A DNA stretch of 63,866 bases, the filler included, from Reticulomyxa filosa (lineage: Eukaryota; Protista; Foraminifera), in NCBI GenBank assembly GCA_000512085.1. It is 16 parts of 16 records of this genome, joined end to end, with 100 filler letters (N's around TTAATTAATTAA, not from the genome) between each part and the next. Parts side by side here need not be neighbours in the genome. Positions count along the whole stretch, not along the records: positions 1 to 6,335 come from ASPP01035413.1; positions 6,436 to 16,582 come from ASPP01018354.1; 14 more parts are not named here. One strand, written 5' to 3'. Below, piece by piece: positions 1 to 13,483 of this stretch. Under the pieces are notes generated by a model. That model saw only the letters and a list, made by a program, of their open reading frames with translations. It did no database searches and was not told where the DNA came from. The translations under genes were made by a program, and so were the position numbers. Each line of letters begins with the position of its first letter. Within the stretch, counting starts at the first letter, position 1.

Positions 1-3000
1 CACAATCACAATCACAATCACAATCACAATCACAGGGATATATTCAATTGCCAGCACAGCCTTCAATACAAGCACAAGTGCAGCCACAAATTCAAATACC
101 AGTATTACCGCAAATACAAATACAAGGACAAGGACAAGGACAAGCACAAACACAAATACCACGTCAAGTGCGATCAGCACAATCACCCGTACCAAGATCC
201 ATACCATTCGTGGCAGCACAATCACCAGCGCAAGCACAAGCACAATCACCAGCACAAGCATCAGTACAAGTATTAGCACAAGTATTAGCACAAGCACAAG
301 CACAAGCACAAGCACCAGCACAATCACCAGCACAATCACCAGTACAAGCATCAGCACAAGCAAGACAAGTGCAAACGCATGCTAGAAATATTGTTACACG
401 CCCTCATGCAGGGGCTATCGATTTAGGCGATGGGAGAGCACTTCCATTGCGCCCTCTTACGGAGCTCCCTCTTACGGAGCTTCCACTTACGGAGCTCCCA
501 CGCACTGATCGCTCTTCCCTGAAATGTGGCTTGTCTGCGAGTTCGGAGAGAGGAAGTGCGCCCTTTCTAGCATGCCAGTTGCTGTCTTTCTTATTCGATA
601 CGTGTGTGAAAGAAGTGGTCGACTCATACAAAAGTTTGCTCGCTTTCGAAGACATGCAGCAAAGCAGGAAGGATTGTAATTCGGACAATCGCGATTTCAC
701 GTCAAAGCGACGGCCACCACGACTAACTAGTGATGCATATTTCCAATTGCCTTCCTCTTCTTCTTCTTCTTCTTCTTCTTCCTCTTTCTTGTCGTCGTCG
801 TCGTCGTTCTACAATAGTCCATCCTCACCGTCGACAACACTATTCACGGCATTATTCAAAGAGCTAATCTTCAAAGCGCGCATGCGTGACTCTTTCCAAC
901 ACTGCGACGTGCTACTCTTGGAAAGCTGTACGCTGGAAGTCATTGACAAAACCATTTTTATATTAGCGCAATTCATTTATTCGTTGTATCACAAGTATCA
1001 AAAACAATGCGATCATATCCTTACCCAAAGCTTTGTCGGCAAGTTATTCCTGCCGCTGCTTACCGTATTGTTGGAGCTTTTTGCAAAATTATCAGTCGTG
1101 TTTATTGAAAGTTTATCTCTTTTTTTTTTTTTTTTTTTTTTTAAAAAAAATATGTATACGTACATTTTTTTTGGTAAAATGAATATAGAACTTCTAGACC
1201 AACTGGTCGAAATTGTACGTATATGCGATGAACTGCTTTGCATGCACAGCCCCGACCTAACGAGTACGTATCAAGCGTTGCCTTGTGACAACAGCATACT
1301 CGTGGAATTTTCGCCCTCGCGCGTGCCCAATACGATCGAGGAGGAAGTGGTATCCATTCCAAGTGCCAACTTCTTGCTGTTGCAATTTGACGTGCGATGC
1401 GTCACGGCTAACAAGGATGATTATATGGAACTAGTGTCCACAAATGGAACCCTACTTTGCAATCGCTTGAGTTATTCATCCATACAATCGACGATAGCTC
1501 CATTGCTTATTCCACAAAACGAAATCAAATTCCGATACTCGCTCACTGCATCTGTCGACAGACAAGACAAACAGAAGTGGGGATATTCCTGTTTGGTCAC
1601 CGGGATCTATTTGCCCACTTTTCCAAATTACTCCATTATCGCTGATCTACTTCACACTGCCGCCACTATCGTTGGCAGAGTTGAGCAACACGAGCTTTTT
1701 TTAAAGTGTCTTTTGTTCATCTTTCTATTTTGTCGTTGCTTTTACTCCCCAGTGATGGACCAATCACACAAATAGACACTTCGAGTATTGGCCATTGGAA
1801 GTCAACCCGATGATATTGAACTCGAGCAGTCCAAATGGTTAATGTCACCATTGTTCCAAGCCGAAAGGGAACATTCCTCACAAGTACCTTTGGAACCACA
1901 CAAGGACGAATCCAAAGAAAGACCAGACGCGACAACAAATGCCAATGAAATCTCGCCACAAATCTTCCTTCAAGATCTTGCCAACATGAGGGCCAATTCC
2001 AAAGCCATGGAACTTTCCCAGAACATGATGAGCCAACTGGGGACGCATACCATGGGCCGGTTCGGCGGAAGTGTCGTCGACATTACCATACATTATTCCA
2101 TTGCCGCCTTCATCAAACATCTTGGTTTGACGGAAATTGCCATAAAGCTTGCCCATAGCCTTCAGCCGGTATGATTTGAAGAGTAGAGCTTAGTTTTATG
2201 ATTTTCATTGTAAACTTATTGTATGCTGACATTTACATACGTATAAGTATATGTATGTACATATATATATTTATATACTTTGCGATGAATGAACATAGGA
2301 AACAAAAGGAAAAGATTGGTCCAAAATCCCACAATCTGTCCAAAAGGAATGGAATCAAAAGTTGTTGTCTGTATTCCAACTAGCCAAAAAATTACGACAG
2401 CAGATTATCAACAAAAGGCAGGCTGCACAACAAGAGTACGACAGAGCGGTTGCAGAAAACAAAGTGGAAGACAAGCAAATCCAAGTTTTGATTTTTTTTT
2501 TTTTTTTCAAACCGATTTAATTTTAGTTTTGTAATTCCTTTTTTTTTTTATAAAAAAAGGAATTGCGATCAAAAGCAACGTATGAAAGTCATTGTGACGA
2601 AATCGGACAAAAAGCAGAGTTCCTATTGTCCATTCGTTCCTGCGCCGACACACTTATTGAAAGTGTGGACTGTGACGCAGAGATCACGGACACGCTGACG
2701 TCGGTACTCAATTCGAATCTTCAGTCTTCCGAAGATGCTCTTGAATTGGACACAAAAATCGAAGCCGAGGCTCAAGCAAGAAAACAAACGTTCGACAGAA
2801 TGTCATTTGACCGATACCAGAGACAACAGAACCTTGAAGAATACAAGGAATTACCCGATTTGCTTTTGACCTTTCTGCAGTCTTCAACGCCTCTTCAAAA
2901 GTTTTTGCAGTTAGTTGAGGTGCATCGAACACGGGCAAAACGTCGTGTCAACGCGATTACGCAATTATTGCAATTAATCGATACTCGTCCTTCTGTTCCT

Positions 3001-3231
3001 AACTTGATGAAAAGACGAAAATTTGTAAAGTGTTTATCTGCTCAAGTTGTCTTGCTGAGCGAATGGAATTGTCCTTTTCGTGAAATCGGAGATAAGAATG
3101 GACCAAGACCTTATCATTGCTTACGTCATATTGAAGCCTGTAATCTACCTCTTCAAAGAGAAATACGCAAGGCGTGGGAAAATTTATATAATTATTTCAC
3201 CTTTCTCATCCGAGTTTTGTGTGCATGTGTG

Positions 3232-3263
<32 letters not shown>

Positions 3264-4836
3264 TTATGAGTCTCCCTCGCGCAATTTCGCCATTACTTTG
3301 CCTTTGTTTAGAATAACGTTCCATTGGTGCTGAAACAACAAGCATTAAACAATTGGGGAATTTTGTTGACTTCACAAGAAGAGCGTTTTGTTTTCGGTTG
3401 CAAGCTAATCGATTCCATTCATGACATCATGACGGAACACACATTGACCACGACCTCAGAAACCAATCTAAAGCAAATAGTTGCGAAATCCAATGAAAAG
3501 GAAATAGTCTTAAAATTAAGTCAGCATTTGCAATCTTTGTTGTCAATGACATTGGTTGGTTTGGATGCACAAACACAAGTTGAGAGTCTGTCTCCAATGA
3601 TTGAATTAATATATATCTTTTCTCTTTGTTTGGTAATAGTGTCATATTTCACGTATAATGTAATGTATATATATATATATATATATATACGGTACATATA
3701 AAAGGGATCTAAATCGATAATTTCTTATTCCGATTTGAAAAAAATGGATTTGCCAAAGTTACAAAGTCGTTCACTGTATTATTTGCACATTAGATTGAAG
3801 AATCACGCTCTCCATCTGCCATTGATCCACGAAATGGAACACAAGTTTGCGAAATCCAACATGCTTTGCAATGAAGACAAGCCAATTTGGGATCTTCGAT
3901 CTGATATACGTTTTTCGATTACCCAATATGATAATGCATTTTTAGAAATGGAAGAAATGTGTTATCGTGACTTGTTGATGATTCGTTCCTTGACTTTGGC
4001 CTTGAACGACGTAGCGCAAGCTTTTTTGAATTCCGATGCATTTTTGCAAACATTGTTGCAAACTATTTTGTATGGTTCCCCTCGTATTAAGCATATCGCT
4101 TTGATTATTTTGCGTAATATTTTGAAGCTTATTTCGCCCAGTGAATTGGAAGTGATGAATGGATTGAAGCATCTAATGACGCTCCACTGTCACTATTTCT
4201 TCGAATCATTGCCACCTTTCGATTCCTCTGAGAACCGCACTGCAAATCAAAGCTCTTTTCAATTCATTTCTCATTTGTTCGCGATTGTGGGCATGTTGTT
4301 GTCCATTCAGGTTTTTTTTTTTTCAACACCGACAAATCGCACATATGTATTAATAATGTTCACTCTTTGCAACGTGAATGGGGGGGGGGGGGGGGGGATT
4401 GCACAAAGGGCGAAAAAATGAATGAAGAATTGAAAGATACTTGGTCCTCCTTAGATCACACATTATGTGCGTCGTCAGAAGTAAAACGCAACTTAGGTTC
4501 ACATTACATTATGTTGCTTCGCAGCTTACTTCAAATCTCTGACTGGAAAGATGTGATCATTTCCTGCATTTACGAGACACTGGCACAAGCGGATTGCATG
4601 ATCGATCTGAACAAAGGCGTTGTGACATTGAATAAGAAAAGCGACATTACGTTGAAACGCTTAATCGGATGTCTTGCCGTGTTAGGTGAGAAGGCAGAGG
4701 AATTGAAAACCGGTTGTCGAGTGGAATTGAAGCAAAGTGAAGAGGGAGAGAATGAAACGCGTGAACAAGGCATTTGTTTGTCGATTTACCCATTATCCGG
4801 ACAGTTACGTCCTAGAAAAAGGGAGGGAACTTATGC

Positions 4837-4875
<39 letters not shown>

Positions 4876-6335
4876 TATTTGTTCCAAATTGTTGCATTGT
4901 CATTCGATACAGGTGTTCGGTTTTATTTGATAACGTCAAGCATCCTACACTCATTGAAACAAAAAAGTTGCAACCCAAAAGCGACATAAGTCCAGTTGGA
5001 TGTATTCCGGTGACACCCAAGTTGTTGGCTTTGTTTGAAAAGTTTGCAAAGCCAGTGCACTTTGACACACGTGACACGGCCAGAGCATGTGCCAAGAAGT
5101 GGGACGAGGAACAGTCTGTTATAGAATGGGTTTGCCCGGCGTGCACGTCTTTCAATTGCTCAAGATCACCAGTTTGCTCGATATGTTTTACAGAATACGA
5201 AATTGCGAAATTGCGAGAGCTAACAGAAAGAAAGGAGGAAGCAGTGACATTGACAAAGAGCAATGAGGTGATGAACAAAGAGGAAATAAAAGAAGAAGTG
5301 AAAGAGGAAGTAAAAGAAGAAGTAAAAGAGGAAGTGATACAAAGCAAGCCACAAATGACAAGACTTGTGACAGAGCCATTGATCGAGCAATTGATATTTC
5401 ATCAACTGCGATCACTTGCATTGGAAGCCTTGTATTGTTTACTGCAGCAGCCAGAGGCAACGAAAGCAATGTTACGTGTGAACCTGAGAAACATGTGGGG
5501 CAATTTGCTGTCAATAGCCACCAGACAAGTGGAATTGTCGGAAGACTGTTACATCAGCACCAAGCTGTTGCGTCAACAGGAAGGGCGTTTATTGGAAATG
5601 GTGCACGACAAGCGTTCGGAGTTGACGAGAGATACCACCAAGTCCACGACGAGCATGTCACAGAGACAAGTGTTGAAGCACTCGCCATTTCGCAGTTTGC
5701 GAGTTTATCTACCAAGTCGTTTGGACGTGACATCGGCAAGTGGGATTGTATTTGCAACGAATCAAGAGTTCCGTATTATGTTTAAGAAGACAGCATACGA
5801 CAAGATTGGATATTGTCGGACTAATAACATGATCCCACTATCAATTCCAAAGTACTATTTTGAAATCAAGGTGTTGGACGTGGATACGACATTGGCCAGC
5901 GACTATGAGGATTGGCATATTGCAATTGGACTGTGGCGTGCCGGGATGGCATTTCAAGGTGAGTGTGGTGAGCAAAGCAGCTACGCATATGGAGACACTG
6001 GCTATGCGTACAGCACGGACTCGGGACGTCGCGTGTCCAAGAAGGTGTCCAGTGGCTTTGGCCGAGGAGATGTTGTCGGCATGTGCTGGGATCAACACAC
6101 CAAAGCCATTTACTTCACCAAGAACGGATGCATGCTTGCCGACGATAACGAGCCTTGCTTCACCAACGTGCATGGGGAATTTTATCCAATGGTGTGGCTG
6201 CAAACCGAAGGAGCTCAAGTGGAGATCAACTTGGGTCAGGTTAAAATGGCTTTTGCTTTTGAAAATTTTGCTTACGTTTCGTTGTCTTCCAATCCATCGC
6301 AAGATAGCATTGCTCACAATGCCAATGTCAATACC
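1..6335 (+). CDS. Partial multi-exon giant protein: Q/A/P low-complexity region, CUB-like segment, RanBP2-type zinc finger, SPRY domain (probable large E3-ligase-like scaffold)
   Basis: Consecutive + ORFs joined by GT-AG introns (e.g. 1111-1188, 1680-1775, 2485-2559). WVCPACTSFNCSRSPVCSIC is a RanBP2 ZnF. YYFEIKV...IAIGL...SYAY...FGRGDVVGMCWD...IYFTKNG...FYPMV is a SPRY domain. Open at both contig ends; no HECT or RING domain seen. Confidence 0.75.
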
Positions 6336-6435
6336 NNNNNNNNNNNNNNNNNNNNNNNNNNNNNNNNNNNNNNNNNNNNTTAATTAATTAANNNNNNNNN
6401 NNNNNNNNNNNNNNNNNNNNNNNNNNNNNNNNNNN
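6336..6435. other. Artificial contig linker (first of 15)
   Basis: 44 N + TTAATTAATTAA (stops in all six frames) + 44 N. Identical linkers at 16583-16682, 28465-28564, 30966-31065, 34209-34308, 36660-36759, 38104-38203, 40062-40161, 41653-41752, 52523-52622, 53623-53722, 55774-55873, 56985-57084, 60667-60766 and 62499-62598. Adjacency across linkers has no biological meaning. Confidence 0.98.
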
Positions 6436-7124
6436 TTTTTTTTGGTCCACTACGTCAACATTGAACACAATGGAAAACGGGGGTTAATTAAAAAAGGAGA
6501 ACGGTCAACTGTTGTTGCCCAATATCACATTGACAGTACTGCCCGAATGCTGTACACATGTGCTGTGACTTGGATCCACCATCAACCAACTTGCCACAAT
6601 TGACCAGACTTTATATTGTTTTTTCGTTCAGGTTTTTTGTTTTTAGTTTCGTAAAAATAGAAAAAAAAGAAGGCAAAATTACTAAACCTAAAAAGAGGGT
6701 GTGGAGCATTTGTCAATCTGTTCGGTTGAGCGCGGGAATTAATATAGCAGGATGAATCTACGTCTTTTAATTGCACAAAACGAAACAAAGCTCACAACGA
6801 AAAACAAAAACGTCCCCGTAAAACGTAAGCAAAAAGCAAACCACTGTCCTGAGAGAACATAACAAAGGGCTTTTAACTGTGTCTAAATTTCACTATGGAC
6901 TCGCCTTTTTGTATCGATTTCTTCAATATAAAAAAAAGTGGTACAGAACATCAACAAAAATCAAACTGTAGCTTATTTTATTTTTGCAATTACAATTTAC
7001 TTGCTATTTTCTTCCGAGAACTGAATTTGGTTCATGAGCGCAATTTCTTGTGACAACAATCTGTTTAAAGATTTTTGTTTGTTGAAGGACAATAAATTTC
7101 CCCTTTCTATTGTCCATTCCAGAT

Positions 7125-7814
7125 ATGAGCGCAATGTTGAGTGAAGAGACAAAGCTGACAGCGACAACTGCAAACACAATACTCAGCAAATTACGAGGGC
7201 GTCTAGAAAATAAAGTTATATAACAAGTTTAAACACAAAAACGCACAACCCAGGGTTCTATTTTGCGTGAAGAAATTTCGCTAGCTGTATTGATCTGAAA
7301 CGACAGCAACCCCATTTCGGGTATCACAGTATCGAGGAGAAAACAAAAACAAAAAAAAAAAAAAAAAAAAAAAAAATTGTTTGGGTATGTGTTTGTATGG
7401 GATGAATGCAGAAATGTTTTGATTGTCCTGAAAAAAATCCGCAATGGGCAAGTGTGACATTTGGCGTATTTTTATGTACGAACTGCAGTGGCGTGCATAG
7501 AAGATTGGGCGTGCATATATCGTTTGTGCGAAGTACAACATTGGACGGATGGACCATCCAACAAATAAAACGCATGATAGCAGGAGGGAATCAGTTGGCA
7601 GATGACCACTTCCGAAAGCATGGTTGGCAAAACGAGACCACATTTTCAGGGTCGCGAACAAAGAGCATTGAGCACAAATACACAAGCAAAGCTGCAAGAT
7701 TATACAAAACGTTACTCGATAATGACGCCAAAAAAGTGACCATAGAAAAAATTCAAAGTTTTGCCCCAGACGTGGACTGGTCTCAATATCTGGTATTATA
7801 TCTATGTCTCTATG

Positions 7815-7846
<32 letters not shown>

Positions 7847-8799
7847 GTATATGTATGTGCAATATATACATTTATAATGCATATATTTACGTGTGTTTTA
7901 TGTGCATAAAGTTGTTATTGTTTCTATCTTAATTATATCGATAGCAAAGAAGGAAAAAAAAAAAAAAACAAAAACAAAAAAATGGTACACATTATAGGAT
8001 GAAACTGCCACGACAAAAGCACCACCAACAACAACAGTGACCACAACAAAGAGCGTTGAAGAGGGGAATAATTCTGCTGTGTCCTCCGCAACATCGCCGC
8101 GAACGAATACGGTGATGTATGAGCAAGAGCAAAAACGCAACGCCAGACAACCCAAAATCCATCATGTATCCAAAAAATTTGACAAGCTTTTGCTGTCGAC
8201 CACAAATAAGCAGACCAATAACAATGGCGTGTTAAACGCCACTAAGACTAGCACCGATGCTGTCGATGGTAGCAACAATACCAATGCAACAAAGACGATG
8301 AGGAAAAGACGTCTGATGAACCCAAAAACAAATCTGACGAATTCGACTTTGATCAAATTGCTAATCAAGCTAAAGTTGCTCAAGAAGAGCTTCAGGTTTA
8401 CTATGCATCAAAAAAAAAAACGCAGTGCAAATAATTTATTTTAAATTAAAATATCTTTGAACCTTCTCTTTCTTACTTATTATTATTATTATTATTATTT
8501 GAATGCATCACACTATCTTTGTACAGAAAGAAAAGCTTGCAGAACAATCCAAACCAAAAGAACCCACTGTCACAACCGCCAAACCAACCAACAAAAACAG
8601 TTAATCTCTTTTATTATATTTATTTGAAGCATGGCCCAATTTGCTGTTATTTCGAACCGAATGAACAGGTGCTCCGCCCGAGGAAAAGAAACCCAAGAAA
8701 GAAGAAACAGTCTTCACTTCTCTGGACGACATTTCAAAGAATTTATACAAACAGAAACTCGAAACCAATGCAATGGCTTCTTTATTTCGAGGAGTTTGA
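7125..8799 (+). CDS. ADP-ribosylation factor GTPase-activating protein (ArfGAP2/3-Glo3-like), multi-exon
   Basis: Exon 1 MSAMLSEE...LRGRLENK splices to [48 protein letters not shown], the CxxC-x16-CxxC-x4-R ArfGAP signature. Low-complexity downstream exons end ...ASLFRGV* (3' end less certain). Confidence 0.88.
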
Positions 8800-9474
8800 G
8801 CCGAACCTCAGAGAAGCTGCCTGTTACTTTAAATAATTAATTTTCTGTTACAATCAACTCAAATTTGCCCATTGAAACCTTTTACTATTGTTTTCCTTTT
8901 TTTGTGATTTTTGATCAATTGGGTAATATCAAAGGGCAATTTTCTTTTTTTTGTTTGGCTGTCCACATTCAGTAATGGCTTTTCAACTCACAAATTAGTA
9001 TCCCATATAAAAATGTGTCTGAGAAATCACAGAGTTGAATAAAAAATAACTTTCCAGGATGCTAATCTTTTCAAGAAACAAACAAAAAAGAATGTCGTGC
9101 GATTTTTTTAAAAAAAGAGAGACTAAAACTCGAGAGTTGCAAGAAAAAAAAAGGAGTTGCAAATATAATAAAAGTAATAAAAGGATCAAGCGTCAACAGC
9201 GTTGTTCCGTTTTTTTTGTACACAATGAAGCATTCTTTTTCAATAGGGACCTTTCATCAAGAGCAAAAACCATCAAGCATATCGATTTCGTCTTTGCCGA
9301 CACAAGCAAGCAGGCCTGCGTTGCCAAACGAATTACAATCGTATTTCGGGGACAACGGGCCGCAAGAAGAGTACTTGTTGCATTTGGTATTTGTTGTGTT
9401 GTGTGTTGTAATGAATAAGTGGTGCTTTTAGGTAAAAGGAGGATTGAATTGGAACAAAGGTGAGGAGTGGGAGC

Positions 9475-10258
9475 ATGGAAGTGTCACAGCGGCAAAATGG
9501 ACAGCAAGAGCGTGAGAAAGAGTCAATGAAAGATGACGAGGAGCAACATCAACAAGTGACGATAACTAACCCATCACAACTGTTAGGACAGACACCAAAT
9601 GGTCTGTCTTTTCTGGAGAATGGTGTGTTGTTTCCAGTGAGCACACAATCATCCTCTTTGCCAAGTTTGGACGACTATTGTGGACAAGACATTCCAATTG
9701 CAGCCATAGGTGGTAGTAGTAGTAATGGTAGTGGTGGTGATATGGTGATGGACCTGCCAGTTCATGTCCCTTTTCATTTGCAAATGCCAATGCAAATGTC
9801 AATGCCAATGGCAATGCAAATTTCAATGCCACTAAACTCAACATCTGGAGTGGAGATGATACGAGGTGGACAAGAACGCCGTCGTCAATCTGGCAATACA
9901 AAAGAAGAAGAAGAAGAAGAAGAAGAAGGAGGAGAAGGAAAAAGAAAACAGGAAGGAGAGCAAAAGAGCACTGCAGCTGCAAGAGTAACTGCGACAACAC
10001 GTAACGCCACTTGCACCGAGCGGAAGACCGACGAAGAACTGCAGCTCCAAGGTGGAGATGTAGCAGTACCATTGGCCAGTCGATATCACTGGTCCTTATC
10101 GCCTCCGCCTGTGGTGTTGCAGTCCATCGATGACGGCAATGATCACGTGGTGACTATGAAGGGTGTGACAGCCAATCAAAATGATACCAAGACCACTACT
10201 ACCACAATCATTGGAAATAATTTGTATTCCTATCAACCAAATGACAATAATAATAATG

Positions 10259-10293
<35 letters not shown>

Positions 10294-10513
10294 CCTTCTT
10301 TGGCGTTTCTTCAAACATTATTTAGCCATTCCTCACTTGCAGCATTTCGAAATGCTGGTGACAATGTCAATAGCTACATATTGTGTTCCAATCCCAATTT
10401 GAATAATAATGACAACCACCAACCTACTATATCGTTGATATCGCCTTCTTCATCTTCCTCCTCTTTCAATACTTTTTCTCAGCTACAACATCAACAACCT
10501 TACCAACAACAGC

Positions 10514-10545
<32 letters not shown>

Positions 10546-11052
10546 CGATTTACGACCCGTCGTGAGTGGGCTGTAGACAATGGCGAACATGAACACCCCT
10601 CCTCTATTATCGTCCACGATGTCCCTCGATATCCTACTGCTAACACCTACGTGTGGACCCAGAACCACTCCGACTTGGATTCTTGTCCAACTGTTGTTCG
10701 ATCTGCTATCCATGCCAAATAGCGTGTCGTGTCATTCAAAGGTTATTTCAACAATTTCAAGGTATTTTGTTTGTTTCATTTTTGTGTTGGTTGTTTTTGT
10801 TTTTAAACAAAACAAATCATTCCATTTTTTAAATTTTTTTAAAAAACAAAAAAAAAAAACCAAAAAGAATGAATGAAAAAAAAAGGAATGAAACAATGGT
10901 CGAGCAGAGTGTTGTCTTGCCCCCCGGAAGTATTGGCCACAAGCGAAGACATGGCAGCCAGCTTTTTGCTATGGTTTATACAAAAATATCCAAATCGATT
11001 GCAACACATTGAAGAAATTTCCTTTTCCATTGTTGCTGAGCTCAACAACAAC

Positions 11053-11105
<53 letters not shown>

Positions 11106-12604
11106 TGGTAGCGATGAATTTGAAACTATCCATCATATCAATATTCCTCTCTCGTTTTCTTCGATTCCCTCAGCACAAGATTTGAGCTTCAACTTCTTGC
11201 ATCGCTTTTCATCGAATCCTGACCATGACCACATGACCACAACGAAAATCACGCCAATGACGATGTTGGTGCAAATGCTCATGCAATTGCCACTTGGGAC
11301 CGTAGCGACGACGCGGATGCCCCAATTGTGCTGACGGGGACAATGGTTAAAAACGGCGCCTATGATGTCAGCGACAATGCCCACGCGATACTGCTTAAAG
11401 CGGACCAGTTGGGGTCCTATTTCAATGGCCATAGCGGCGATGTCTCAGCACACACTTTGAAAGCCAATGTCGAGCAAACGTGGGACCCAAAACAAGTTGC
11501 AAATAGTAGTGATCATAGCAACAACAACAACAACAACAACAGAAACAGACAATCTAATTCTGAAAATTGTAACGCGTCGTCGCAAATCAAAAATGAAGCC
11601 ATTCCATTGTCCACGCCACTTAATGGATCGTCGTATGGACATGCACAAGGACCAAATGACAGCAGCAAGACGTTAGAAGACAATAAAAGCAAATGCGATA
11701 AACGAAGTACTTTGATGTCATCAAAAAAAGCGAAATCACGGAAATCACAACAAATGCAACCGTTTTCTGACAATTGGACAGAGAGAAACAACAATGCGAT
11801 GTCAAATGCTTCGGGTCGTCATCCAGTGGATCGTGCTCCTTTGCTGAAACCAACCTGTTTTCGAAATTTGGCTATTTCTCACGAAAATCGCTCCTCTTCT
11901 TCGTCCTCGTCTTCCAACTATCCAAACATTTCGATGACCCGCTCCAAACGTCTACGGCTGCGAAGAGGCACCAACAACCAACAATTCACCACGGATAACC
12001 AAACTGAAATCGCCTATTTTGGATGTTCCAAATGCCACAAGAAATACACCAGCAAAGGCGCACTGCGAGAACACATTCAAACCGTACATGAAGGACAAAC
12101 CCCCCCACATTTGTGTCATTTGTCAAAAAAAATTTGGCCGGAAAAATTATTTGACCATTCATTGTTATTTTTATTTATTTATTTATTTTTTTTTGTACAT
12201 ACACATTACACGTTGTTCACTTTTGTTTTGTTTATAAAAAAAAAAAAAAAAAAGTACGAACACATACTGGAGAGAGACCGTATCCCTGCCAACATTGTGA
12301 AAAGTCATTCACTCAAAAAGGAGCATTGAAGAGACATTCACGCTTGCATACTGGAGAAAAACCCTTTCGGTGCAATTTTTCTGAGTGCGGTCGTGCATTT
12401 AGTGACTCTGGGAACATGCGCAAGCACATGAAAGTTCACCAAAGGTTTGTTCTTTTCTTTGTTTTAATAAGAGACAAATGCGAGGAAACAATTTCGTTGG
12501 TGTGTTTTTTTTTTGAACTGAAGATGAATAATCAATAATTGGACATTTCATGATTCAAGACAGAAAAGGAGGGAAAAAAAAAACAACTTCCAATCCATTG
12601 AATA
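9475..12604 (+). CDS. C2H2 zinc-finger transcription factor (4 C-terminal fingers) with poly-N/Q/E tracts
   Basis: Fingers CSKC..HIQTVH, CVIC..HLRTH (across intron 12164-12254), CQHC..HSRLH and CNFSEC..HMKVH, with TGERP/TGEKP linkers. Frameshift in the C-run near 12100 and others upstream. Boundaries approximate. Confidence 0.8.
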
Positions 12605-13267
12605 AGCAATCACAAAGCTGAATCGGAGGAAGGTCTCTTGAATTTTAGTAAAAAGACAATACAATGTTTTTTCTACTTGGTGTGCATTCTTTTTTTCCTC
12701 CTTCCCTTCTTTTTATTATTGTTATTATTGTTATTTGTGATTCTTCTTTTTTGTGTATTGGTCTTATTATTTGTGATTGACTCAGCCGCATCTTTTTTTT
12801 TTGAGATGGGAATCTACGCACCCTTTTTTTTGTATGAACACTATCCGTTTGAAGGACTCTTTTTTGTTTTTTGGTTTTTATATCGGTTTGTGTATTGTAC
12901 TGTAGAAAACAAAAACAAAATTACAAAAACAAGGAAAGGATAAATGAATAAACAAGACTTTTTTGGGGAGGAAAAGAGGGGAGAGGCAAAAATTAAACCA
13001 ACAGCACCGACGTGAGTTCAAGGGATAATTTTTAATTTTATTTTTCAGTTATTTGTTTACTTTTTGTGATTTTTTTTTCTCCTCCATTCCCATCAAAGTC
13101 AGAATTTACGTTTTGTTCTATGTGATCAATGGTTTGGTAAGCTTGAGCAAAATTTAATAACATTGAAACAATAACCGAGGTTGGAGGAAATGCATGTAAC
13201 ATTTGACTAACATTAAAAATACTATTCCTTGTTATCACAAGTTTAACTGCAACCACAAAAAATTTCT

Positions 13268-13374
13268 AAAACTGACCACAAACTTTTACAATTTTTTTAT
13301 GATTTATGTTTTTTGAATTTTTACAATCATGGAAATCCTCATAAGATGTATTTTAGGTGTTCAGTTTTTTGCAA
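13268..13374. mobile_element. Possible small MITE remnant with Tc1/mariner-like ends
   Basis: aaaactgaccac (13268) and gtgttcagtttt (13357) form an imperfect inverted pair. The right end gtgttcagttttttgcaa recurs at 52623 on another contig. Confidence 0.3.
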
Positions 13375-13483
13375 TCTGTTGCTACTCATCTTTAAAGAAG
13401 TTAGTTTTGCTGAGGTAAAATGTACACAAGAAGAGTGCAACTGACAGCAAAAGGATTTTATGCACAGAGCAAAAAAAGAAAAA

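Noticed and set aside
10245-11105. (AAT)n and (CAA)n arrays and the poly-I/poly-L ORFs they create
   Set aside because: Ordinary coding microsatellites (poly-N/poly-Q). The alternative-frame ORFs are shadows.
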